Shown piece after piece: positions 42,501 to 54,410 of a stretch of 64,000 nt of DNA. The notes below the pieces were generated by a model, which saw nothing but the letters and a program-made list of their open reading frames with translations, had not been told where the DNA came from and searched no databases. A program made the position numbers and the translations under genes. The stretch's first letter is position 1. Every line of letters begins with the position of its first letter. This DNA is from Octopus vulgaris. Its lineage: Eukaryota. The stretch covers positions 41,044,001 through 41,108,000 of the forward strand of contig OX597826.1 in the NCBI GenBank assembly GCA_951406725.2. The letters run 5' to 3'.

Positions 42501-42612
42501 CGTTACAAGCTTATAATAATAGTCAAAACAACTATTGACAAGTAAATAAATTTCTTTGTAGAGAGAAAAGCACAACAATTTGTTGGCAGTAAATACACTT
42601 ACTGTAAAATTG

Positions 42613-42654
<42 letters not shown>

Positions 42655-43259
42655 TGTATGCATGCAATAATGTTGAATTAATAACAAGATGTTTATTTTA
42701 AAATGTAATGATAAGTGCAATTTTCCACTGACATTTTTGAATAAAATTAAATGGTAATGAAAAAATATTTGCCAAAACAAATGCGATACATATTTCATAG
42801 TAGTTGAAGCTGCCTGCTATTCTTCCTGACGTGTGTGTGTGTGTGTGTGCACGTGCATATATACATGGGAAGCAGGATTAGTCAATACATAACAGAGTTA
42901 ATAACAACAACAATAAATAAATTTTTTAAAAAAGTGAGATTTTACATAATTGTTACTTTGAGCTTTGTATCTCTACTTTTGGTCACAAGTCAGTTGCTAT
43001 AGAAACTGGAGATGTAAAAGTTGGTGTAGAGAGGTGTAGAATCACAGCTTTTACTTCTTCACACACATATATATATGCATGTATATACATATACGCACAC
43101 ACACATATATATGTATATACATATACACGCATTATATGAGAGAAAATATAATACAGAAGAAAAATAACTAATGAAAATAGCTAATTAACACTGAACTAAA
43201 ATTCCTTATATCTTAAGTGGTACATATATTATGTGCATGCATGTGTGCATGTAAAGGAA

Positions 43260-43408
43260 TCAAGTTTTCTTTTCCTTGTTCTCCACCAGGCTACCATCTG
43301 CTATGAGGCATAGGTTATAACCATTATAGTCAAGAAGCCAAGTGTAGCCATGGAATGTGATGTTTGAAAATACCATCAGATACTCAATCAAGGCAAAGAT
43401 AGAATACA
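43260..43408 (-). CDS. PGAP2: PGAP2 proximal alternative terminal coding exon (A)
   Basis: Not in the ORF track. Acceptor ttattcttctttcAG at 43410-43409, phase 1; (V)YSIFALIEYLMVFSNITFHGYTWLLDYNGYNLCLIADGSLVENKEKKT*, close to the vertebrate PGAP2 end as I recall it (VYTIFAILEY..LTNMAFH). Confidence 0.88.
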
Positions 43409-43979
43409 CTGAAAGAAGAATAAATCAGTATCAGAGAGAGAGAGTGACAGAGACAGACAGAGAAATGTGCCAATACAATAATTTAAAACATTAACATGTG
43501 TACAGAAATTTAAACCTTTTGATACGAATCCACCTGAAACCATCCCAGGTTCTATGATAGCAGCTTCCCATCAAAATTTTGCTTTTCCTAATACCAGCAT
43601 TGTAAAGACACAGTTAATTTAGGAAATACTTCATTACTTTCAAAATTAACTGAAACAAAGGCCAGTGTATTTGAAGAGAAATATGGTAACTAAATGGTTA
43701 ATAATCCAAGTTAAAAACTTGTCTTCAGAGAAAATATAACTTGAATTCAAGGTAAAGAAATCAGAAAAATAATTTTAATATAAACCTGTTCCTCAATTAA
43801 TATTTATGATTTATTAGCATTCATAACACTAATTCTGAGGGTTTGTAATTAGTATTACATATAAACAAAGTCATTATTTCTCAATGGTGTCAGTAAAGAC
43901 TGAAAAGGGGGGGAAAAAATTGCGATGTTTAATAAAATTCAGAAGTATTCGTTATTAGCAATGGAAATAGTATTAGTTC

Positions 43980-44176
43980 AAAATAGCATTCTTTATAGCT
44001 TACTTAATGTGGATATACAGTAGAAAGCCAGAAAACTGCAGTATTCATCTTAAGAAATCATCTTGTATGGTAGTGCTCTATATGTCGATAAGTGATGCTT
44101 TCTTGAAATGAATACTGCAGTTTTCTGACTTTCTATGGTATATCCACATTAAGTAAGCTATACAGAATGCTATTTT
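43980..44176. repeat. Long imperfect inverted repeat (foldback/MITE-like)
   Basis: AAAATAGCATTCT..ATAGCTTACTTAATGTGGATATAC..AGAAAACTGCAGTATTCAT pairs with its reverse complement ending at 44176. Confidence 0.9.
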
Positions 44177-44784
44177 AAAGATAATATGGTTTTAAAACAT
44201 TTTCTACTTATCCAGCAACATCATTATGAAGAAAGATCTTTATGGATGTAAATTCTATTTTGTTGGATCGTTAATAAATGAGGAAGACAAGCAAAATGTT
44301 TTACTAATAGTTTAGGTGTGTGGCCAGGGCTGCTATTGATCAGTTTAAAAACTTCTGAAGAAAGGGTACTATGGATGGTGTGGTAGGGTGTGTCAGTAAT
44401 AAAATAATAATAATAATAATAATTGTGTACAGTGCTCAGGTGCACTACAACTCATCTAAAGTGTATATATAATCAGGTGTAGTTTCGGCGGATTTCGGAA
44501 AGCATGAGGGCCTTAAAGGATGCAGTGTCATGGCAGTCAACAACTGACGCAGGCAGTTTATTCCTAGGCAGAGACTCAGTTCACAAAGTGACAGAAATTT
44601 ATTCAATTGATTCCAATGTAATGCTGTGATTAAACCTTTACCATAAAAACCTATCTGAACCACTTTACACCAATGACATAAAAAAGGGGCCTGTTTTATA
44701 GTTATCAAATGTAATACAAACTGTCAACTCTAACTTTATATAAAAACTTTCAAGTGGCTCCAAACACCCACATAACGACTCCGC

Positions 44785-44817
<33 letters not shown>

Positions 44818-44831
<14 letters not shown>

Positions 44832-45016
44832 AGAGATAGTAGGCCCCTACATCTCACCATATAAACAGAATTTTTATTTTTATTTTAAATACCTACTGAT
44901 TTATTACTTGGCAACACGTGTTACCAAGTAATAAAACAGTAGGTATTTAAAATAAAAATAAAAATTCTGTTTATATGGTGAGATGTAGGGCCTACTATCT
45001 CTAAATTAAAATATAT
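44818..45016. repeat. Near-perfect loopless palindrome of about 200 bp
   Basis: Arms of about 100 bp centred on AACACGTGTT (centre 44917/44918); only a few mismatches. Confidence 0.93.
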
Positions 45017-45094
45017 TTCTTCATTGAGAATAATTTGAACCTCTGTCATGCCGGATTTTTTATTCCCTAAAAAATAATATTTAAATATAATAAA

Positions 45095-45521
45095 CTAGCA
45101 GCATAGCCCGGCGTTGCCCGGGTATGTAAGAGCCCCTAGTAGGCAACGACTAATCCCAATCTAGTCCTTTCCCTCTAGGGAACGAAGGCGCATGTGTAGG
45201 TTGCAATGTCTTCTCTTCACTCGAATACTTCTGTGTATACGATGTTCCTAGCTGTCCCTTTGGGCGATAAAAAGGTCGAGTTGTGTCCCTAGACAGAAAA
45301 TGTGTTGCATATAAAAAGCTTAGATTCTCGACCCCATGTCGAATTTATCGATTTTTTTCAGAACTGGGGGAACTTTTCAAAATTTTTGCTGCGTTAGTTT
45401 TGAATTATGACATTGGGCTATGTGTGTGTCAAGTTTCATCAGAATTGGTTGAAAGCCGTGGTCAGGGTGAGGGTACAACCTGACAGACACACAGACAGAC
45501 AAACTGCCGTTTATATATAGA
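45095..45521 (-). mobile_element. Non-autonomous Helitron
   Basis: Minus strand: TCTATATATAAA start at 45521, hairpin CCCGGGCAACGCCGGG, CTAG|T end at 45095. Confidence 0.87.
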
Positions 45522-46680
45522 TATATATATATATATATATATATAAACATGGACAGTCCTATACGGTGGCTCAACCTGCTAGATGTAGCAGTAAAATCTG
45601 CATCAAATCACACTAATGTTTTTAACATTCAGATTGCTCCATCACATGTAAGGCTTACTTATTCACTTTGTTTTGAGTTAATCCTGTGTTATTTAAGAGC
45701 TCCGAGATTTTGATGTGATAGTTTATTTTTAGAATGACATTACAGGGTAAGTGTGAAAGACCAGATCTGACTGGTTTGAACATAAAACCAATAAAATATG
45801 ATATGGCTGGTTTAAATGCTAAAAGACTAAGATGATAGAAAGGTCACAGCTGGTTTACCAATCATCGGAGACCAGAACTGACAGAGTTAAACAACAACAA
45901 ATAATTTTTTTTTTTCCATTAACCTAATTTCTGCATAATTTTCACAAGGAATCAAAACATAAGATATACAAGTAAACTTTAAAGAAGGTAGGGTGCATTA
46001 GGTACATCAAGAGTGGTGTCTCCAAATTTTAGGAAACTTGGACTTTCTGAAGGATGCAATGTTTTAACAGCAGGCAGCAAATACAAGTAATTTAATAATT
46101 CATTTCATGCTTTGACAAATCTGAGTGTGAAAAAATACTTCTGAAAGTCTTTAATTCTCTGTTTTTGCTCTCTATCTCTTTTACTCTTTTACTTGTTTCA
46201 GTCACTAGACTGCAGCCATGCTGGGGCACTGCCTTGAAGAACTGTTAGTCGAAAGTATTGATTTCTTCAAAGTCTAGTACTTATTTTATTGGTCTCTTTT
46301 GCCAAGCCACTAATACTATACATGTATGAGACATCATTGCCATCTTTCTTTACTTATTACTGCTTTCTCTGTCTCCACATTTACCCTTTTCTGATGAGCC
46401 AAAGTGCACCTGAGCACTGGAAACAATAAGCTTGTTGTTATGATTATGAAATCTGAAAGTAACTAGTGACTTGTATGAGGGAAGTTCAAACAGCAATAAC
46501 ACTGTAGATCACAGACCCAAACTAACTAACACATACAAGAATATAGATTACATTGGCATGCTTATAATTGGAAGTACCTGAGAGAGAGAAAGAAGGAAAT
46601 GCCACTACTACTGTCACAATAGAGGCTCATAAAAACTGGGCTGTTCTGTCAACAGATGCAGTAGAATTGTGCCAGTGAAC

Positions 46681-46863
46681 ATGTCACAAATGCAGTTCTA
46701 TATTTAAGAGATGAGGAATTATGTACATTATTTACACTTGACGGATATTTGTCCTCATCTTGTTTGTTGTTAACACGTTTCAGCTGGTATACCCAGGTTT
46801 GAAATTTCCCCAAGACACCTGATGAGGACAAATATCCGTCAAATGTAAATAATGTCACAAATG
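46681..46863. mobile_element. Small element with 35-bp inverted arms and 12-bp direct repeats (probably Penelope-terminal-repeat derived)
   Basis: ATGTCACAAATG at 46681-46692 and 46852-46863; arms 46725-46759 and 46821-46855 with one mismatch; residual CTGATGA and GTTTC pieces. Confidence 0.65.
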
Positions 46864-47467
46864 GTTTTGACATTTCATATTAACTGAAAATATATTATCA
46901 AACAAATGAAGTAAATGTAATAAACCCTGTGCGTTTTCCCAATGAAAACATCAACTCTTCCACTTATTCTTTTATTTGTTTCAGGCATTAGATTGTGGCC
47001 ATGCTGGGGCACCACCTTGAAGAATTTTAGTCAAATGAATTGACTTCAGTACTTGTTTTTTTTTATTTTTTAAGCCTGATACTTATTCTATCGGTCTCTT
47101 TTGCCATAAACATAAGACCAGTTATGAAGCAGTGGTGGGAGACAAACACACACACACATATATACATGATGGGCAACTATCAGTTCCCATCTACTAAATC
47201 CACTCACAAGGCTTTGGTCAGCCCAAGGCTATAGTAGAAGACACTTGCCTAAGGTGCCACACAACACAATATTTACACTATGACTAGCATACTTGTTTTT
47301 GTATGTGTGTATAACAGAAAGAGAGAGGGGAAGATGATTTAAAATATATGTATATACTTCAAAAGACATGATATATTTTTTTTTACAAATTCTAGGGCAT
47401 ACAATGAAAAATTATTAATACTGCATATAATAATGCTGATGATGATGATGGTGGTGGTGATAATGAT

Positions 47468-47506
<39 letters not shown>

Positions 47507-49821
47507 TACAATTATTATTAATGCTATTAATCCTCAATAATCCTTTCTAGTGAGTTATTAGTTATTTTATTTATTGATCGTTATAAATAAGCTCCACTTA
47601 CAAAAGACATCTAACACTATTAATTGATTTTACAACCTCATTACAACATAAAGCAGCCAACATTTACTCCAACAAAAAAAAAAAAAATCAAACAAACGTG
47701 TAGCCATATATTGTCTTAAGATTCGGCCTTTAATCCAATAATCCTTTGGTGTTTCATAATTTTTGTTTATGTGAAAGATTAATTTTGAGTAAATGGACAC
47801 AGCTGAAGATTGAAATGGATTTAAACTGTTTTTCTTTGTGATTCTGTAACTATCATCACTACTGCTATCATCATCACCACCATCAACATCCTTTCTATGG
47901 GTTGGATGGCTTTCGTATACTGTCATAACCCCTTTTATCCTCGATATACATCAATGTTTCACAGTTGGATGTCCTTCCTACCAACAACCACCAGACTGGG
48001 TACATACATTTGGTTCTACCAACACTGGAGATTTTGTTTGTGACAAGACTAAAACAATCCCCTCTGCCCTCTATTAGTTCTTATTAACAGATACTGTCTT
48101 CCAAAATGAGTCATCATCAATGCATCTACATCACCTTCATTCATTCCTTCTATCTTGGTTATAAAGTAATCTAAAGAGAGATAACTGATTGTATGCTCTG
48201 TCTGAAAAGGGATTGACAAACTAGTCATTTCAGGAGGAAATCTTCCACAAAGCACCACCAAAATTCTGGGACCAACAAGCCAGATAATCTTTACTATAGA
48301 TAAGCAATGACTGGCAGACTGGGATCTAGGAAAAATCACATTCACAGGAACATACAACTTTTGTAAACTGTAGACTTTCATAATTCAGCTTTATTTTTCA
48401 TCATTTATAAAAGTGAAATGGTTAGTGTAAGATATGGTATTGAATGACCAGGATAAGAGCTCTAAATTCATAGACAAATACAGGCACATCCAACACAGAT
48501 TCTAGATTTATTTAAATTATTTCCACCTCTAGAGGATATGTCATAATTAAGACTTTGGAGAATTTTTGATAATCTTGAGATTATCTTCCCTATGATACAT
48601 CCTCTACAGGTGGCAGTAATTTTTATGAATCAAAAAATTATGTTACATGATATTTGATATGGCTGTGTTGGTCTAAGGTATTCTTTCTAACTCCTACACT
48701 GCCGCTATTACTTTTGATGGATTCGATTTACCTGTGATGGGAGAGAGGGAGATGGTTATTGATATTGAGTTCTCTCTCTCACTTGTACAAAAGCTTAAAA
48801 AAAAGTTGAGATAACTATCATCTCTAAATACTCCTTGGAGCAGGCTCCATCATCATCAGCCAACAGAAGGGGTAGGATGATAAGAAGCTGGGTGTCTTTA
48901 GCAGAATAATTCACTAGGTTATGAGTAATCTATTACTTATAACCATTACTACAAATCTATTGTCATCAGGGGCTACTATCCCCTATACTCCCACTACATA
49001 AGTGCTCCACCCTACTGTTTTCTGTCACTTATCTATACAGACTTACTGTTTCCTCTGATGTTATTGAAGGATGTCTAGCCCCTGATTGTAGATCAGTTGT
49101 TAACCTCTTCCATTGTCACCATTAACATAAAGCTTTGATACCTTCTCTCAGTCCACAAGGAGTAATGATAGCTTGTACCATCACTTTCACAGCAGTTATT
49201 TTTAGCACTGCTGGGCTCCCTCAACCCTCCTAAGGAGCAAATCTGATGGAGTTACCAGTTTAGCTTGCAACAACCCAGCCCTTGTGTTTCCAAGTTGGGT
49301 TCTTTCTACTGCTTTTTCTACTATTTAGTCATATAATCATAACCTCTAACTGCATTTTTACTCCTTACAAAACTTGGCAAAACAACCAAAATTCCATAAC
49401 CAACTCTCAACACATTTGTAGGGATTTCTCTCACATCTAAACATTTCGCCCTTAGACATCTCGCCTTTTCTTTGTACCAGTTTATAAAGCTCTATACACA
49501 TATGTGTCAATATATCTCATCATATTGTTTACATGTCAATCAATTTTAATCATGGAACCCAAATCCACATTTTACAAATAATCTGTCATGTAAATTTTTA
49601 TAAGACTTTGAAATATAACAAAAATTGAGATAAATTTTAATCATATAAAAAAATTTAGTTTGAAAATATTGAATAAAATTTGTTCATAAAATTAAATTTT
49701 ATCACATTTTAATCCTTTATCTTGCAGAATCCCACAAAATTTACAAAGAAATCCAAGCTTCATCAGAACCCAGTTAGACAAACTATGCTCTGAGGAAGCC
49801 ATAACCACACATCAATGGGTG

Positions 49822-50518
49822 TGTAGCATGGCAGTTTCAGCCATTTTGAAATATGACTATAGCGATTTCTAATATCGTCACTGTTGAAAGGCAAGGCAAG
49901 AACTGATCTCGTTTGAGGTTACAGCCATCTTTGGCCAACTAGTTCCTGTTGTAAACACTAACCTGATTGGTTGACACGTGACGCGATTTGTCTCTACTTA
50001 TTTCGAGGCAATGTCCTGAAATAACCAATCACGGCCTTTGGTTAAGATTCCGTTTTTGAGGCTCGTTTGAGCCAACCAACCGGTATATAAAGGAGTGTTT
50101 TCAGACACTTTTCGGCTTTTAGTTCCAGTTCTTCTAAGAACTAACTTTAGGCCACAGCGTTACTCAACCAAGCGATATACGATTGTTCCGGCTACGCTAA
50201 TGTACACAATCATAGAAAGTCTACTATCTTCCCTGTCGCCACCATCATGTACCTTCTATGCCAGCCGCATTCACCCTGATTGTCCTGCCACACACACGAA
50301 CACACAGACACAAGACATGCGAACGCTTACAAACTCCTAACGTTGACACGATCGTGAAATAAATAATATTTATATCTCAACAGCAAGACTTGTCGTCAAT
50401 TCACTTATGTTCTATTGTTACTGCATATATTTATGGCTTGTAGTAATTCGTTAAGAATATGACCACGTGCGATCGTATTCCCTACACGATATGACCACGT
50501 GTGATCCTATTGCTTACA
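49822..50518 (+). mobile_element. Solo LTR (697 bp) with 4-bp TSD
   Basis: GGTG|TGTAGCA...TGCTTACA|GGTG; TATATAAA 50084-50091; AATAAA 50358-50363; CCAAT boxes and CACGTG upstream of the TATA; CpG-rich relative to flanks. Confidence 0.8.
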
Positions 50519-52617
50519 GGTGCAACTATCTGCCTCTATTGTTATTGGCCATCATGGAGCTTTCTATGACCATTTGAGCTGTTAGAAATCACAGCAAAAT
50601 TCCTTTAAATCATACCTACTGTCTCCAGAAAAAAAAGATTACACTGGACAATGTCATACTATATATTAAAATATTGAAACAGTCTTGGCTGGAATCATGA
50701 CTAAGTTGAGCTAAGCAACAAGAACATAGATATGTGCATATGCATGTGTGTGTGTGTGTCCAAATATAATGTTTTTTTTATGATGTTTTACATTTTCTCA
50801 TTAAATCTTTGTTCAGCCAGGAACTATAGCATTCCTAAATCCATTGACATTTCTAGAGCTTCACAGTCTCATCTTCTGAATGAAGTGACAGTAGTGGCAT
50901 TGTTTAATCGCTAAATATTTGTAGTGTTGGTTTATGTTATTGGATAAACCAGCATTCTCATTATCTTGAATACCCACTAATAAAAGCAAAACACCATTAC
51001 TGTAGTTTCAATTAGAAGATGAGACAAAGAAGGTCTGGTAACTTTTAATGTATTATAACTGTTAATGTTCCACATTAAACATAAAACATTAATGAGGAAT
51101 TGTGAAAAAAATTTTAAATAAAAATAAACTCACACATAAACATGTTTTAAATATAACCTACATACATATATCACCATCTGCTATTCTATGTTGACATACA
51201 CACACAACCACTACCATCATCATCATTTAACATGGGCTCAACGGCTTGACAGGGTATGGCAAACAACAGGGCTACGTTGAGCTCAAGTGTCAGCTTAGGC
51301 ATGATTTCTAAGGTTGGATGCCCTTCCTAATATCAACCACTCTGCTGTGTGTACGGGGTCCTTTTCTTTTCATGCCACCACCACTAATGAAGTTGCCACG
51401 TAACTTATAAAAGACAGCCAACTTGAGCAGGATTTCAACTCAGAAAATAGAGGGACGTAATCAAATACAAGCCATTTTATCCAACACTATCAAGTCTGTC
51501 GAATACCACCATGTGAACATCATCATCATCACCATTGTTTTAACATCAGCCTTTCTATGCTTGCATGGGCCTATTCATTAAGGCAGATTTTCTATGGCCA
51601 GATGCCATGCCTGTCACCAATTTTCACCTGTTTCCCCACAACAGATATGTTTTTATGGAAAATTAGAAGTGAACAACAATGCTTGCATGTCAGCGATGCT
51701 CATTGACAACTAAGACATGATGTAAAGGCAAAGGGACACACTCACACAATGAGCTTCTTTCAGTTTCTGCTAACTAAATCCACTAAAAAAGCCTTTGTTG
51801 GTCAGGGGCGCTGGGGAGACTGAACCCCAGATCATGCAGCCGGGAAGCAAACTTTTTAGCCATACAGCCATGTCTGTGCTTATTGATAATTTTTAAAAGT
51901 ATCTTGTTAATTAAATTTATCAAACAGATGTTTCTTGTAGAGGGTTTTTTAGTAAGACAGAGCAGGGAAATGGTAGAGTCACTAGAGTTTGAAACAGAAT
52001 GCATTCTGGTATTTGCTCTGAGTCTGTACTTTGAGTGCAGACCCCACCAAGGTCAACTTAGCTTTGCATCCTTTTTGGGGTTGATAAAAATGCCCCAATC
52101 TTTGATGGATGGATGGATGGTGAGTGGGCAAAACTACAGTCAGATACCTTACAAATTTTTTCCAGTTCTTTACAATCAGAGTTCAAATCCCATCTTGTCT
52201 TACTTGTGTGACAGAGTTAATCTGTCACTCAGTTTAAAACCAATACCTGGCACCCTGAGAACCTTTAATGGAGTTTTTACAGTTGCAAGCACTCAGGCCA
52301 TGTCACTGATTTGAGAATACTTTCTTCCCACCAATCTTAAAGGCCTTGTAAAGGGTCACAAGCATGGATTTCCTTCCTGACTAAAAGAATAAAAGCAAAT
52401 TTTTAACCTTGTTTAAATTTCACATTGTTATTCCTCATGAAGATAGCACCAAATTTCTCTCTCAATAAGAATTACTAGCTTCATTTAAATTAACTCAACT
52501 AAATTTGTGAGAAGTTCCTATATCTTCACTCTAACAAAACTGTCAAGTATTCAAAAAAAAAAAATGAAAACAGATAGAGACATAAAAGCTGTCATCAGAA
52601 AGCAAATAAATGCTTAC

Positions 52618-52726
52618 CTCCTGGTTCGCAGTATTTATTATGTCGCCAATACACGTAAGCAGCAATGAAACAACATGATATGTTGAACACAAATAAGGTA
52701 AATTTGGTTGAATAAGATTTCCTTTC
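52618..52726 (-). CDS. PGAP2: PGAP2 penultimate coding exon
   Basis: ctattctAG|ERKSYSTKFTLFVFNISCCFIAAYVYWRHNKYCEPG|GTAAGC; RHN.YCE.G is a PGAP2 hallmark; phase 0 in, phase 1 out. Confidence 0.93.
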
Positions 52727-54259
52727 CTAGAATAGAAAACAAAAATAACAGGCCTGAATGGTTATAGAATGTTTTATAAAAATTCATTTTAATGCAATTA
52801 TGTAAATTCACAAATATATAGCAATACATCTTGGTAGAGTCAATAAACCAAATAACACACACACAGTATTACATTACATTTTATTATTGTTTTGTGTTAA
52901 CAATATTATTTCATGTATAACTTAATTTCAAAGTCTTTCACCATTTCTTTCACTTGGATAATTATGGTGGCTAGACATAGCAACCAAATCTCCCTCATAC
53001 CACTTTATGCACGACTGGCATGAGAATGATCTTCGACCAAGTTACGTCACAGAATAGAAACGTTTGTAATGTCAAGTGACAACCACACATTAAATGACAA
53101 GTTCTAGTGTACAGTGTTTACATGTCTGTACAACTTTAATACTCAGCTGTATTAACTAAATCAGTCACAAAAAATTCCTGTTATATATTTGATCTGTGAC
53201 CTACTGATGATTATAGATTGACAGTTTAACCCCTTAGCATCTAAACTGGTCATATCCAGCCAAAATATTCTACCTGTTTTATGTTCAAACTAGCCAGATT
53301 CAGCCTCTTGCACCTACCCTAGAACATCATTCTAAAAATAAGTAATCACATCGAGATTTCAAAGCTGTGAGATAATGCATGGCTAATTCGAAACAATGTG
53401 AATATATAAGCATTACATCTGGCAGAGCAACCTGAATGCTAAAAGGTTAAAACTGGAAGCACATTAAAATGAAAAAATAAATAAATAAATAAATAAAAGA
53501 CAAATAGTAATAAGACAGACAGCAGTGCAGTATGTTCAAATAAATTTTTTTAAATCTCATTCAACAAAAAAAACTAGTATGGTAAACAGGTTTGGAAAAT
53601 CAGGAGAGAATGTAGAAAAAGGGAGCATTACCAAATGGCTAGAAAATCAGCTAGGTGATAGGTATATTTAGCCAAGGGTAAAACAGAGAAGAGGAGATTT
53701 GTACATGTCTTGCAATGTGAAGCTGAGAGGCATGAGGTGAAAATAGTCCAATCCTGGAATGGCATGTCCTTGACAAGGGAGGTTGCCCATTATGTTGTTG
53801 ATGAGTCTGGGATGACATTGACATCTCTTTTCTTCAAGTTTCTGACATCGGATTATTTCAAAGCATGCAGCTCCTTCATTACAGAGGAGCACCAGGTTTG
53901 CCAATTCCGAACAAAGTATTCAAGTTGTGCCAGTTGAATGTTGCAGGATTTGAGGACAAGCTTAAGATAATCCCTGTGAGGAAGCTAGAGTCATTTCATA
54001 TCCTTTGTCTCCAGTGAATTAAACATATTACTTGGAAAGATAAGGTCCCCCACACAGAAATTCTCCAGCAAGCAGGAATCTCCAGCATTGAAGCCAACAT
54101 CCAATGCCATCTAAGATGGGCTGGTCACATCAGGATGCCTGACAATTGTCTCCCAAAGATGGTCTTCTTCAGAGAGCTTTCAACCATTGCTTGCCCACAC
54201 AGGGGTTTTGTAATATGCATGAAAGACGATTGCAATGATTTGGACAGCTGTATAAAGTG

Positions 54260-54410
54260 TTAATCCCTTAATGTGGTTAGAGTTTGTGGAAGAGGGAAAC
54301 CCAGGAAAATATAGGATGATGTAGTGAAGACTCACCTTGGGACCCTCAGCCCCACAACAGCGATGACAAAGGACAGGGTTGTCTGGCCATATGAGGTTCT
54401 CAAGGAAACC
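54260..54410 (+). mobile_element. RTE LINE C-terminal fragment
   Basis: GRGKPRKI.DDVVKTHL..L resembles the RTE end at 23250-23460. Confidence 0.55.

Noticed and set aside
46391-46432. CTGATGAG...GAAAC hammerhead-like string
   Set aside because: The pair closing stem II would be G-G and stems I and III are absent; the middle matches a repeat fragment seen inverted at about 44430.
50095-50340. 81-aa ORF behind a TATA box as a novel host gene
   Set aside because: It lies inside the solo LTR and has no recognisable motifs; kept only as part of the LTR finding.
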